Numbered from the stretch's first letter, positions 46,678 to 56,845 are shown. The stretch is DNA of 64,000 bases from Saprospiraceae bacterium (GCA_047634015.1 JBLIDB010000001.1:16094-80093); one strand, 5' to 3'. Notes: generated by a model not told the origin, from the sequence alone. Numbers and translations are program-made.

Positions 46678-47210
46678 GATGTAATCGGAGTAAGCGCATG
46701 AAGCTCTTTAAGTAATTGTTGGGCATCCTTATAACCAGAAGATAACTTTATCTTTTTTAGACTACCTCCGTCTAGGTAAACGATTGTAGGATAGTCAAGT
46801 CTACCATCCAAGAATTTTACAGCTAATTTATTAGTTTTTCTTCTTCCTATTTTTACACTTTCATAGGTTTCTCCTTTGAATTGAATGGCCTCCTTTTGTT
46901 CAGCGTTGAGTTTGACTAAGACATAGTTTTTATTGAGAAACGCTACAACAGCAGGATCAGTAAATGTGTTTTGATCCATCTTCTTACACCAGCCACACCA
47001 ACCTGTATATACATCGACAAGAATTTTGCGGCTCCCAATATTCTTCATTTGCTCAAGGTCCTCGATACTAAACCAATTCAATCCTGCTTCCGTGGTCTCG
47101 AAAGGCGCTACGCCAAAGCCATTATCAGACAGATTACAACTGGGAGATAAAATGATCGAAGTGGCAAAAATGGCAACAATTAGGTACTTCATAATTAGAG
47201 TTTTAATCAA
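46674..47210 (-). CDS. Secreted thioredoxin-fold protein (DUF255/Thioredoxin_7-like)
   Basis: Signal/lipoprotein-like N-terminus and a WCGWCK redox motif. It has an ATGA overlap with the kinase gene. Confidence 0.7.
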   Translation of the reverse strand: MIKTLIMKYLIVAIFATSIILSPSCNLSDNGFGVAPFETTEAGLNWFSIEDLEQMKNIGSRKILVDVYTGWCGWCKKMDQNTFTDPAVVAFLNKNYVLVKLNAEQKEAIQFKGETYESVKIGRRKTNKLAVKFLDGRLDYPTIVYLDGGSLKKIKLSSGYKDAQQLLKELHALTPITS

Positions 47211-47288
47211 TGGGCCACTATGGTTTACATTGTGATCTAACTAAAAGGCGAAAATACGAAGAGAATATTTTGAAAGACTCAAGAGAAA

Positions 47289-48692
47289 TTAAGCATGAAT
47301 ACCAGAGAGGCTCATTTTTACTTGCTTCTCTAGTTCTTGAAGAGCATCTTTTATAAGGGGATCTGTATCTATGAGATCTTCGACAGTCTTACATGAGTAG
47401 ATAACTGTGCTATGATCTCTACCTCCAAAGTTATCACCTATCGCTTTCAATGAACTATTAGTATGGTGTTTGGCAAGATACATAGAGAGTTGACGAGCCA
47501 TTACAACTTCTCTTTTCCTTGTTTTTCCTTGAATTTTGTCTACAGGTATTTTCAAGTACTCGGAAACAAGTTGTTTGATATTGTCAATGGTAATTTCCTT
47601 ACTTACACCGCTAACGAACCCTTGAACAACATGCTTAGCAAGGTTTATATCTATTTCCTTGTCGTTAAGCGAAGATTGGGCGATAAGCGATACAAGCACA
47701 CCTTCAAGCTCTCTAACATTATCCTTTACATTGTAAGAGATGAATTCCATCACGTTATTCCCAATAGTAGCAACCCCTTCTGAATCTATCTTAGAAGATA
47801 AAATCGCCATTCGGGTTTCGAAATCAGGAGCTTGAAGATCAGCAGATAGACCCCACTTGAATCTGGAGATCAATCTATCTTGAATGCCTTCCAGAGATTT
47901 AGGAGGACAATCAGAAGTAATAATAATCTGCTTGCCAATCTGATGTAGATGATTGAAAATATTAAAAAATATCTCCTGTGTCTTCATTTTATTAGACAGA
48001 AACTGGATGTCATCTACTATTAGGATATCTATAGTCTGATAGAAATTCACTAATTCATTTACAGAATTCTTCTTTATAGATTCTATAATTTGATTTGTAA
48101 ATCGCTCAGTACTAATATATAGTGTGTTCTTTTTTGGAAACCTTTGTTTGACTTCATTGCCGATAGCATGAGCCAAATGTGTCTTTCCTAATCCAACATC
48201 TCCGTATACAACTAAAGGATTAAAGGCAGTTCCTCCAGGATTCTTAGCAATAGCCATTCCAGCACTTCTTGCCAATTTATTACAATCGCCTTCTATAAAG
48301 TTATCGAAGGTGTATTTTGGATTGAGTTGAGGGTCTACTCTAAGTTTCTTAATGCCAGGAATTACGAAAGGATTTCGGATGTTTTGTGATGAATAGAATT
48401 GTCTTTCATTAGAAGAATTAGCTTGTCGACCAGCATTTTGATGGTCATCAAGAAGAACTTGATATTCTAATTTGCCTTCTTCGCCAAGTTCTTGACGAAT
48501 GGTCTTTTTTAACAATCCGACATAATTCTCTTCGAGCCATTCATAATAGAATGTATTGGGAACCTGAATGGTGAGGGAACTATTATCTAACTTAATAGGC
48601 TTAATTGGTTCGAACCACGTTTTAAATGTTTGCGCATTTATACTTTTTCTAATTGCCTGAAGACAATTGTCCCATACGCTAATGTGGTCCAT
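47289..48692 (-). CDS. dnaA: Chromosomal replication initiator protein DnaA
   Basis: Walker A GDVGLGKTHL, Walker B ILIVDDIQF and the domain IV motif FGGRDHSTVIYSC. ATG at 48692, two codons inside the TTG start given in the track. Confidence 0.95.
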   Translation of the reverse strand: MDHISVWDNCLQAIRKSINAQTFKTWFEPIKPIKLDNSSLTIQVPNTFYYEWLEENYVGLLKKTIRQELGEEGKLEYQVLLDDHQNAGRQANSSNERQFYSSQNIRNPFVIPGIKKLRVDPQLNPKYTFDNFIEGDCNKLARSAGMAIAKNPGGTAFNPLVVYGDVGLGKTHLAHAIGNEVKQRFPKKNTLYISTERFTNQIIESIKKNSVNELVNFYQTIDILIVDDIQFLSNKMKTQEIFFNIFNHLHQIGKQIIITSDCPPKSLEGIQDRLISRFKWGLSADLQAPDFETRMAILSSKIDSEGVATIGNNVMEFISYNVKDNVRELEGVLVSLIAQSSLNDKEIDINLAKHVVQGFVSGVSKEITIDNIKQLVSEYLKIPVDKIQGKTRKREVVMARQLSMYLAKHHTNSSLKAIGDNFGGRDHSTVIYSCKTVEDLIDTDPLIKDALQELEKQVKMSLSGIHA

Positions 48693-48922
48693 AGACAATG
48701 CAGTTGTTCACGAAGTTATTAAAAATAATAAGCTTTTGGGATGGCGAGAATTAACTCTCAGCTTTATGCAAAGATGAAGATAAAATATGTTTAATCGAGC
48801 ATGAATGACAAGAAGTTTGACATATATTTTATCGTTATATAAATATTCTATGAAATTGATTATCAGTGGGTTATGGATGATAATTCGTGAAATATATAAG
48901 TCTTTGATTTTTAGGGTTGTTC

Positions 48923-49837
48923 TTAAATAACTTGAATATTAGTGGAATTTTGCACTCTTCTTTTTCGACCTTTCTCAAAATAAATGTCTATACGTCCCAA
49001 TAACATTCCTCCCCACCCCGCTTGGTTTATTACGACAGGTTCTCCTTCCATATTTTTCTCAATTCTGGGCTCTCGAAGGAAGGTATGTGTATGACCGCCA
49101 AGAATAAGGTCCGTATGCTTGGTTTGCTGTGCAAGTTTGACATCAGAAATTTTGTCACTGCGATATTCATATCCGAGATGACTTAAGCAGATCACATAGT
49201 GACAACCCATATCATTGTATAATATATCTTCATGCTTTTTAGCAGCAGCTATAGGATCGTTATAGACTACTTTGCCATACATCTCCGGAGCAACAAGCCC
49301 CTCTAACTCAATTCCCAATCCGTAGATACCAACTTTGATTCCTTCATACTCCCAGATTTTATACGGGAAGGTTTTGTCATGGAGCGCACTATCTTGAACA
49401 TTGTAATTACTATTAATGAATGGGAAGTTAGCATGGGGTAATTGTTTTATCAAGCCATCTATACCTGCATCAAAATCATGATTACCTATAGTGCCAGCAT
49501 CATAGCCCATCTCCGACATAACTTTCATTTCAATTTCTCCACCGAATAGATTGAAATATGGTGTTCCCTGAAATATGTCACCACAATCTAAGAGCAATAC
49601 ATCTCTTCCTTCCTTTCTAATAGAATCAATTAGTGCGGCTCTCTTAGCAACTCCACCTTGTCCTGCATTGCGACTTCCATCCATAGGGAAAGGGTCAAGT
49701 CTACTATGTACATCATTCGTATGAAGAATTGTTAATCCAAATATGTCATCTAATTCAATAGCACTTAGTGGAAGTGTATTGAGATATGCTAAGGCAGCAG
49801 TATAGGATGTTCTCTGTATAAATTTTCTTCTATTCAT
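48923..49837 (-). CDS. Metallophosphatase domain protein (N-terminal half of a UshA-type 5'-nucleotidase) with a Tat signal
   Basis: Twin-arginine motif NRRKFIQ. Motifs TNDVHS, DCGDIFQG, GNHDFD and GGHTH. Confidence 0.85.
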   Translation of the reverse strand: MNRRKFIQRTSYTAALAYLNTLPLSAIELDDIFGLTILHTNDVHSRLDPFPMDGSRNAGQGGVAKRAALIDSIRKEGRDVLLLDCGDIFQGTPYFNLFGGEIEMKVMSEMGYDAGTIGNHDFDAGIDGLIKQLPHANFPFINSNYNVQDSALHDKTFPYKIWEYEGIKVGIYGLGIELEGLVAPEMYGKVVYNDPIAAAKKHEDILYNDMGCHYVICLSHLGYEYRSDKISDVKLAQQTKHTDLILGGHTHTFLREPRIEKNMEGEPVVINQAGWGGMLLGRIDIYFEKGRKRRVQNSTNIQVI

Positions 49838-50585
49838 GGCTCATATTTGTAACTCTCCCTTCTATGCGCGCATATTGGGTTGATCCAGATTCTGTGTCTC
49901 TCATTATGTGTTCGACAAATGATTCTCTTATTAATAATTCAAGATCTTGCCGATCATACTTTCTTAGAAATGCACTTCCTGAACCACCGCCCGCGATGTA
50001 GTCCGGTAATGCAAACGTGTACGTCTTATTAAGATCTAAGGCAGCACCATTGATCATAATATCATGGGCAGTCTGATCTTTAATTTTGTAAGAGACTCCT
50101 TTTGATATCGGCCAACCACGACCCTTTGCCATATGATCCATGAATTCTTTGACACCATTACCATCAGCAGTTATGATTGATATCTTATTATCAAATGGCA
50201 TCACTTCAAATACTTCACCTATAGTAATAGGACCAGCGGCTAATGAAGGCACTCGAATACCTCCTGAATTTTGAACTGCAAAATCAATTGTTAGATTGGA
50301 GTTTCTTGTTGCTTCTTCTAAAAGCATGTCACTAAGCCAATTACCGATATTGGATTCTGGACTTTCTTTTCTAAGGATTGTATCCAAATGACCAATAACT
50401 TCATTCATTTCGGCATCCATTTGCGTACGATATGGGATCAGCATATCTGCGACTTCTTGATCAGGAGTGATTTCAGCTTCTGAGATACGCTTGTAGTCAA
50501 CGTCTGTATCAGTAACGTAATAGGTGCTTTTACATCCGCTTAACGCTAAAAAAAGTAGTGCTGCTATGAGATATATGTGCTTCAT
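49830..50585 (-). CDS. 5'-nucleotidase C-terminal (substrate-binding) domain lipoprotein
   Basis: Lipobox LSGC. The C-terminal domain pattern is QNSGGIR...GEVFEVMPFDN...DYIAGGG. It overlaps the downstream metallophosphatase gene by 8 nt. Confidence 0.8.
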   Translation of the reverse strand: MKHIYLIAALLFLALSGCKSTYYVTDTDVDYKRISEAEITPDQEVADMLIPYRTQMDAEMNEVIGHLDTILRKESPESNIGNWLSDMLLEEATRNSNLTIDFAVQNSGGIRVPSLAAGPITIGEVFEVMPFDNKISIITADGNGVKEFMDHMAKGRGWPISKGVSYKIKDQTAHDIMINGAALDLNKTYTFALPDYIAGGGSGSAFLRKYDRQDLELLIRESFVEHIMRDTESGSTQYARIEGRVTNMSHE

Positions 50586-51097
50586 GAGAAATAGAGTTCA
50601 ACTTCTTTTCTAATACCCATTCGAACCTTATTGCCGATGGCTTTAGTAGATTGAGAATCTACCTGATATAGGTTACTAATGAATTCTGACTTGTCTTCCT
50701 TTTCAAGAGCGGCATACGCACTAGTTATGCTGGCCTGCGTCTCTTCCTTCAGTAATGTCATCATCTGCCATAATTGGGAGGAGATGTATATCTGTTGGGA
50801 AAGATTGTGTTCGTATTCTTTCTGTACAGCAATCAATAGGGTGGATTGAAGATTGCTCGCGGTTATATCACCCGTATTAAGTCGTATGATTAATCCTGGT
50901 ATCCCAATTCGTTCTGTTAATAGGGCAAGGCGTTCATATGCTTGTAACCTTAGTCCTACTTGTTCATTGGATAAGGCCGCTTTGTTCTTGGATATTTCTA
51001 TAGCGTATTGCTGACGATAGAATTGTCGCATCAAAAAGTACACCACCAGGGCCGGAACACTATATCGGACTACTTCGAGTAAAGCTTCGATAATCAT
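50582..51097 (-). CDS. Hypothetical protein (one N-terminal TM helix), first gene of the split-nucleotidase operon
   Basis: 171-aa ORF with an ATGA overlap onto the downstream gene. I recognise no family. Confidence 0.5.
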   Translation of the reverse strand: MIIEALLEVVRYSVPALVVYFLMRQFYRQQYAIEISKNKAALSNEQVGLRLQAYERLALLTERIGIPGLIIRLNTGDITASNLQSTLLIAVQKEYEHNLSQQIYISSQLWQMMTLLKEETQASITSAYAALEKEDKSEFISNLYQVDSQSTKAIGNKVRMGIRKEVELYFS

Positions 51098-51163
51098 ATC
51101 GCAATATTACCCTTAGTAACGACAATTCCAAGGATTGACTTGTAGAGTATGATAGAGATGAAC

Positions 51164-51171
51164 TAACTTTG
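51164..51171 (+). promoter_or_regulatory. Bacteroidota -7 promoter box (TAACTTTG) for the erpA/iscA-like gene
   Basis: Matches TAnnTTTG. There are 39 nt between the box and the ATG at 51211. Confidence 0.5.
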
Positions 51172-51210
51172 TGTAACAGATGTTAGATTAGAGCATAAAC
51201 GTGGATCATC

Positions 51211-51558
51211 ATGACAGAAACTATAGTACAAAGCCCAGTAAAACTTACTGAATCTGCCATCAAGCAGTTGAAAAGAATAAAAGCAGATCAAAAACTCGAT
51301 GATATGCATGGTATACGAGTAGGTGTCAAAGGCGGCGGCTGCTCGGGATTTACCTATGTTTTGGGCTTTGATGTAGCTAAGGAGAAAGACCAAGAGTTCC
51401 AGATAGGAGATCTAAAGGTCTTGATGGAGAAGTCCCATGGTATCTATCTTATCGGTATGGAGATAGACTGGCACGAAGGCCTTAATAATCGTGGCTTTAC
51501 TTTCAATAACCCAAATGCAGATGAGACATGTGGGTGTGGGACGAGTTTTTCGGCGTAA
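51211..51558 (+). CDS. A-type iron-sulfur cluster carrier (IscA/ErpA/HesB family)
   Basis: VKGGGCSGF and C-terminal CGCGTSF cysteine motifs. 115 aa. Confidence 0.9.
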   Translation: MTETIVQSPVKLTESAIKQLKRIKADQKLDDMHGIRVGVKGGGCSGFTYVLGFDVAKEKDQEFQIGDLKVLMEKSHGIYLIGMEIDWHEGLNNRGFTFNNPNADETCGCGTSFSA

Positions 51559-51587
51559 GCATATTTAGGATTAAACATTTTTAATTT

Positions 51588-53696
51588 TTATTCCTCAAAT
51601 TGAGAAATATTCACAGCTACACCATTCAACACAGCATTTCCGGTTAGGACATCAAGGTCTTCTCCATTAGTTAACAAATTCATATTTGCTCCAGGTTTGC
51701 TTTTGGCAACTGAAAGATTGGCTTCTTCATCCGTATGTCCCCAACCTTGAGGAATACTTATCACGCCAGCCATCATCTGATCTGTTACTTCCGCTTCTAT
51801 TTGTAATGTGCCAGCCACAGAGGAGACAGTCACTTTATCTCCTTTTGTGATTTTATAACGCTCAGCATCATCAGGGTTGATAAGTACAGTACATTCATTT
51901 CGACCTTTTACCAAACGATAGGAATTATGGCACCAAGTATTGTGACTACGCAGTAATCTGCGACCTATGAGAAGCAATGGGAATTCTTCTGAAGAATTAT
52001 CATGATTTTCTAATTTCGACTTTAAGCGATTCATGTCCTCCAGCATCGGAGCAGGAGTAAGTTGGATGCGGCCATCATCAGTTTGCATTCTTTCGGTAAG
52101 ACAAGTTTGTAATGGTCCGAGATCTATGCCATTAGGATTTTCTAATAAGGTAGAAATTGAAATCCCTTCTTTATCCTGAGCTCGCCATCCCATCTCAAGC
52201 ATCATTTCGGGATTCAATTGTAATGGATCTTCTTCTTTAAGTTTGGCAGCGAGCATATTTAGAATTTCCCAGTCATGGCGCTGAGTTTCTTCTTTTTCAA
52301 AAAGCGGTGAGGCATACTTTACTGTATTGCGCACTGCCAGATTATTGAATGGGATATCATATTGTGACTCTTCAAGCGCTACAGTGCCTGGCAAGATTAT
52401 ATCTGCATGTCTAGTTGTCTCGTTGATATACGGATCTATAGCAACATAGAATTCAAGAGACTCAAAAGCTGTTTTTAATTTCCCCGCATCGGGACATGAT
52501 AATAGCGGATTACCAGCTACTGTTACCATTGCTCTAATTTGCCCTTCTCCAGGAGTGAGGATTTCATCTGCCATGGTGGCTACTGGGAATTCTCCATTAT
52601 AATAAGGTAGGCCTTTTACGCGAGACTGGTATTTCCCATAATTGCTGGGTCTTCCTTTTTTAGAGGTAAGCTTTACAAGGTCATATGCGGGTTGGGTAAA
52701 CATAGCGCCACCTCTATTGTCGAAATTTCCAGAGAGAATATTGAACACATTGGTGAGCCATATACATAATCCTCCAAATTGCTGTGTTGATGCTCCCATC
52801 CGACTATAGACTACCCCTGAAGTCGAAGCGGTTAGTTCTTCAACAATTCTGTATATACTATTGGCAGCAATACCAGTTATTTGTTCAACTTTAGCTGGAG
52901 TATACTCAGAAACTACATTTTGGATTTCTTCGACACCATCTATAATCGAATTTAGATGTCTTAGGTTGATTTTCTTCTTTTCAAGTAGTACAGAAATCAT
53001 TCCTGCTAAAAGGTAAGCATCTGAACCGGGTTTTATAAAAAGATGTTCATCTGATTTTTTGGCAGTTTCTGTTTTACGAGGATCTATAACTACGACCTTT
53101 CCACCGCGCTTTTGAATGGCCTTCATTCGAGTGGGGAAGTCAGGGCAAGTCATCATGCTGCCATTGGATATCATAGGATTCCCACCGATGATAATCATAT
53201 ATTGCGTATGGTCTATGTCTGCAACAGGCAGTAAGTTTCCATGACCGAACATATAATTCGAAGCAAAATGATGTGGGAGTTGATCGACAGAAGAAGCGCT
53301 GAATCGATTTCTGGTTTTTAATGCTCTTAGTAATAAGGGCATGAATAAAGCATTCCCTAATTTATGCGCATTGGGATTCCCAAGATATGTGCCTACGGCA
53401 TTTTGACCATGTGAGGATTGTATGTCAGATATTTTTTTGACTACTTCGTTTATTGCTACTTCCCAACTTATAGATTCCCACCCATTGGCTGTCTTTCTTA
53501 CGGGTGTTTTCAAGCGATCGGGATCGCTATAGAAATCCTGTAATGCCACGGCCTTGGGGCAGATATGTCCGCGACTCAATACGTCATCCTTATTACCTCT
53601 AATACTCAGGATTTCTTTTTCCTGATATTTGATTTCAAGCCCACACATTGCTTCACATATATTACAAGTGCGATAGTGAGTATTTATAGCTGACAT
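51588..53696 (-). CDS. Cytoplasmic molybdopterin (bis-MGD) oxidoreductase family protein
   Basis: N-terminal 4Fe-4S motif CNICEAMCGL...GHICPK, with molybdopterin and C-terminal beta-barrel domains. It is 702 aa with no Tat signal. Substrate unknown. Confidence 0.8.
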   Translation of the reverse strand: MSAINTHYRTCNICEAMCGLEIKYQEKEILSIRGNKDDVLSRGHICPKAVALQDFYSDPDRLKTPVRKTANGWESISWEVAINEVVKKISDIQSSHGQNAVGTYLGNPNAHKLGNALFMPLLLRALKTRNRFSASSVDQLPHHFASNYMFGHGNLLPVADIDHTQYMIIIGGNPMISNGSMMTCPDFPTRMKAIQKRGGKVVVIDPRKTETAKKSDEHLFIKPGSDAYLLAGMISVLLEKKKINLRHLNSIIDGVEEIQNVVSEYTPAKVEQITGIAANSIYRIVEELTASTSGVVYSRMGASTQQFGGLCIWLTNVFNILSGNFDNRGGAMFTQPAYDLVKLTSKKGRPSNYGKYQSRVKGLPYYNGEFPVATMADEILTPGEGQIRAMVTVAGNPLLSCPDAGKLKTAFESLEFYVAIDPYINETTRHADIILPGTVALEESQYDIPFNNLAVRNTVKYASPLFEKEETQRHDWEILNMLAAKLKEEDPLQLNPEMMLEMGWRAQDKEGISISTLLENPNGIDLGPLQTCLTERMQTDDGRIQLTPAPMLEDMNRLKSKLENHDNSSEEFPLLLIGRRLLRSHNTWCHNSYRLVKGRNECTVLINPDDAERYKITKGDKVTVSSVAGTLQIEAEVTDQMMAGVISIPQGWGHTDEEANLSVAKSKPGANMNLLTNGEDLDVLTGNAVLNGVAVNISQFEE

Positions 53697-53782
53697 ATTA
53701 AGGCATTTATTCTTAAGATTCCTAAAGTCGGTAGAATATTTAGCAGTAGGATCAGAAATGTGCAGTAATATTTGGCATTCGT

Positions 53783-54145
53783 TTAATAATCCAATTGACG
53801 GAGCTCCTTTTTTAGAACTCTTGTTAATTTCAAAACGACTAAATCATAAGAATGATCAATTAATTCAAAAACCAATTTATCTGTCAACTCTCGTTCTATA
53901 TAGACGGTATTCCAGTGTTTTTTATTCATATGAAATCCAGCAATAATATCAGTATATTCATCTCGTAGCTCCATAGAACGATCTGGATCACATTTAAGGT
54001 TTATACTTGCTTCTTCATTATTCAGTGGAGTAAGTGCAAACATCTTTCCCATTACCTTAAAAACCAAAGTAACATCATCAAACGGGAATTCCTCAGTAAC
54101 ACCTGATTTGTTAATACAATATGACTGAACATCCTCGTAATTCAT
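53783..54145 (-). CDS. MmcQ/YjbR family protein
   Basis: 120 aa with FPFDDVTLVFKVMGKMFAL and HMNKKHWNTV motifs. Confidence 0.75.
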   Translation of the reverse strand: MNYEDVQSYCINKSGVTEEFPFDDVTLVFKVMGKMFALTPLNNEEASINLKCDPDRSMELRDEYTDIIAGFHMNKKHWNTVYIERELTDKLVFELIDHSYDLVVLKLTRVLKKELRQLDY

Positions 54146-54299
54146 GCTTTACTTTGTTTAGAAGGCAATATATGAATTATTAATTCTTAGAATTGTGTCA
54201 ATATTTCCGAGTGAAGAACAAGAGTATTCGATTTTAAAATGCGATTTTGGCGTTAAACTTTATCATCTGTTCACCTTAAACTGAATTTAATTATTGTGT

Positions 54300-55034
54300 A
54301 TGGAACGAATAAATTTTGATGTATTAAGTGTAATTGTTCCACTATATAATGAAGAGAAAACCATTGAGTCTATTCTTCAGAAATTATTGAATGTAAAATT
54401 AGATTATGGTATAACAATGGAGATACTTATCATTGATGATTGTTCTACTGATACCTCTATCAGGCGAGTACGGGACTTTATTACTGCTCATCGTGACGAT
54501 TCCATTTCTTTGATTTCTCACGAAAGGAATCGTGGGAAGGGCGCAGCGATTCATGCGGGCATAGAAAAGAGTACAGGGCAGTTTATAATAGTCCAAGATG
54601 CGGATTTGGAATATGATCCTAATGATTTCAATGATATGCTGGCTCCTATTATTCAGGGACATGCGGATATAGTCTATGGATCGCGATTTATTGGAAGCAA
54701 ACCACATAGGATGTTGTTTTTTTGGCATTCGATTGGCAATAAGATATTGACCTTATTATGTAATTTCTTCTCAAATTTGAATTTGTCAGATATGGAGACT
54801 TGTTACAAACTGATAAAAAGAGAGTATTTACTTTCTATGAATCTAAAAGAAAAGCGTTTTGGATTTGAACCTGAAGTCACCATAAAGCTATCCAGAATTC
54901 CAACTGTAAAATTCTATGAAGTCGGAATTGCATATTATGGGCGTACGTTCTCGGATGGCAAGAAGATAAACTACAAAGATGGATTTAGAGCCATCTATTG
55001 CATTTTCAAATATGGACTTTTTAGAAATTTATAG
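54300..55034 (+). CDS. Soluble family 2 glycosyltransferase, DPM1-like (second copy in the window)
   Basis: VIVPLYNEE, IIDDCSTD, QDADLEYDP and YGSRF motifs. I prefer the ATG at 54300 over the TTG at 54294. Confidence 0.8.
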   Translation: MERINFDVLSVIVPLYNEEKTIESILQKLLNVKLDYGITMEILIIDDCSTDTSIRRVRDFITAHRDDSISLISHERNRGKGAAIHAGIEKSTGQFIIVQDADLEYDPNDFNDMLAPIIQGHADIVYGSRFIGSKPHRMLFFWHSIGNKILTLLCNFFSNLNLSDMETCYKLIKREYLLSMNLKEKRFGFEPEVTIKLSRIPTVKFYEVGIAYYGRTFSDGKKINYKDGFRAIYCIFKYGLFRNL

Positions 55035-55051
55035 AAGAGAAATAATCAATA

Positions 55052-56725
55052 CTAATTTCCAATTTTTGAAACGCGAAAGCCCGCAGATAAATCAGTTGAT
55101 CTGAGATAAATGTCATAGTCTTTGCTTGTCAATCTTCTATTGCAAGGAATGTCATGATTGAAGCATCTACTCGAATTTATAGTCTTGAAATAATCGAAAC
55201 CTATCGATATTTCTTTTACTTGTGGAGTTGGATACGTATGAGGAATGACTAAACTTGATAAGTCTCGCATATTTGGGTTTAGGGCTGCTCGGCAAAAAAA
55301 CAGGACAGAACAAATAGACAATGCTACTATAAAAAAATAGAGTTTATTAATAAGTCTATTCAGATTTATAAGGGTTAGCAATTCTTTAAAGACTAATGCA
55401 AGACCTAAAAACAAAAAGCCGTAAGCGAATCTTACGTCAGGAGCGGTTAGAAACCAAAAGACGAAATTGGCAAGTACTACAAGACTAGCAAGGATGGTTT
55501 TTGAATTACGTTTGTAAATACTATTTATCAATACAAATATGATGAATGTATTACTTGAAATAAGGATCTTATTAATAGCATCTTGGTGATTCCACCATGG
55601 ACCTATCCATTGAGTGATGCTCATATCCAGAGATGCCAATTTCCCTGGGCTACGTGCCCAGGCTCTAACCACTCCGGTTTCGAAAGACAAAGATTCTATT
55701 GGAACTTTCCAGTCTGGAGAAAAGATATCGATGCCTTCGAATGGGTATATGAGATAACCTGAAAGATAGTAGTTTCTAAGAACGAAAGGGGCAAATGCAA
55801 ATACTCCGATTATTGCTGATCTGTATAGTAAGCTGATTCTGTTTTCTTGGAGTAGAATCAAACCTAAACATAAGACAGTCATGCTTATGGCACTTAATTT
55901 ATACGTGATAATTATTGCTGAAAGTAATACTACAGCATAAATTATATCTGGTTTCTTGGATAAATTGATTTCTAATACAAGATTGAATAGATATATAAGA
56001 AGTAGTGCACACGATATATCTGAGGAAAGAGAACTAATATGCTTTGGAAAAAGCAAGAACATAAGTGAAACCAAAAGCGTATAAAATATAGTATCAATAG
56101 TTTTCTTACTTTTTATTTTGTTAACGATAGTAGAGAATATCTTGGTACTAATTATAAGAAACAAGATGATGTTTAAGGGATAAACCAATAAATGTGTTCC
56201 TTTAAAAAAATCCGAAATTTCTAATGTGAATAGTGCCGATATAGGAAAGAACATAGAATTGAATCCAAATTGAGGTTGGAAATTAGCCAGTCCTGGAACT
56301 ACGGGAAAAGAACGAATCCACTTTACTGATTGTGTATGATATAGGCCGGAGTCAAATGTGTAAATCTCTTTCGAGGCAATTAGAGATAGAAAGAGGAATG
56401 TGATTGTGAAAAAGATTGTTTCCTTTCTATTCGTTGTGATCTTGGGTATTAACACACAAATACGAAGGCTTTTATCGTGTCTTGAAAGGTAGAAATACAG
56501 AGGTATAACTAAAAGAGAAAACGATAAAAGGAAAGTGCTATTGATAGGAGTTATGAGCGAAGCATAGCCAGTGATAAGTGAAATACCTACAAATCCACAA
56601 ACCGCTATGCTATTCAGACATTCAATTTTGAATGGGGTTAGTTTTTCTATTAAGACTTTGAATATTTGCCCGGCAGCAAAAATGAGGGCGAAACAAATAA
56701 TGGTATAAAAGAGGATTATTATCAT
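55052..56725 (-). CDS. Large polytopic membrane protein, function unknown (O-antigen-polymerase/GT-C-like topology)
   Basis: 557 aa with at least 12 TM helices and a loop motif YHTQSVKWIRSFPVVPGLANFQPQFGFNS. It is convergent with the GT2 gene across a 17-nt gap. Confidence 0.5.
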   Translation of the reverse strand: MIIILFYTIICFALIFAAGQIFKVLIEKLTPFKIECLNSIAVCGFVGISLITGYASLITPINSTFLLSFSLLVIPLYFYLSRHDKSLRICVLIPKITTNRKETIFFTITFLFLSLIASKEIYTFDSGLYHTQSVKWIRSFPVVPGLANFQPQFGFNSMFFPISALFTLEISDFFKGTHLLVYPLNIILFLIISTKIFSTIVNKIKSKKTIDTIFYTLLVSLMFLLFPKHISSLSSDISCALLLIYLFNLVLEINLSKKPDIIYAVVLLSAIIITYKLSAISMTVLCLGLILLQENRISLLYRSAIIGVFAFAPFVLRNYYLSGYLIYPFEGIDIFSPDWKVPIESLSFETGVVRAWARSPGKLASLDMSITQWIGPWWNHQDAINKILISSNTFIIFVLINSIYKRNSKTILASLVVLANFVFWFLTAPDVRFAYGFLFLGLALVFKELLTLINLNRLINKLYFFIVALSICSVLFFCRAALNPNMRDLSSLVIPHTYPTPQVKEISIGFDYFKTINSSRCFNHDIPCNRRLTSKDYDIYLRSTDLSAGFRVSKIGN

Positions 56726-56783
56726 GACCAGGGCGAAACACTAAAGTAAGATTATGGCAATAGTAATTTCATTTGAGGGGTAT

Positions 56784-56815
56784 AAAAAAAGAGGCCCTGC
56801 ATTGCAAGACCTCTT
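56784..56815 (-). terminator. Rho-independent terminator after icd
   Basis: On the minus strand the stem is AGAGGTC/GGCCTCT with one G-U pair, followed by T7 (A run 56784-56790 on the plus strand). Confidence 0.6.
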
Positions 56816-56845
56816 TATATATTGAGTGAATTCTACAGAATTCGA

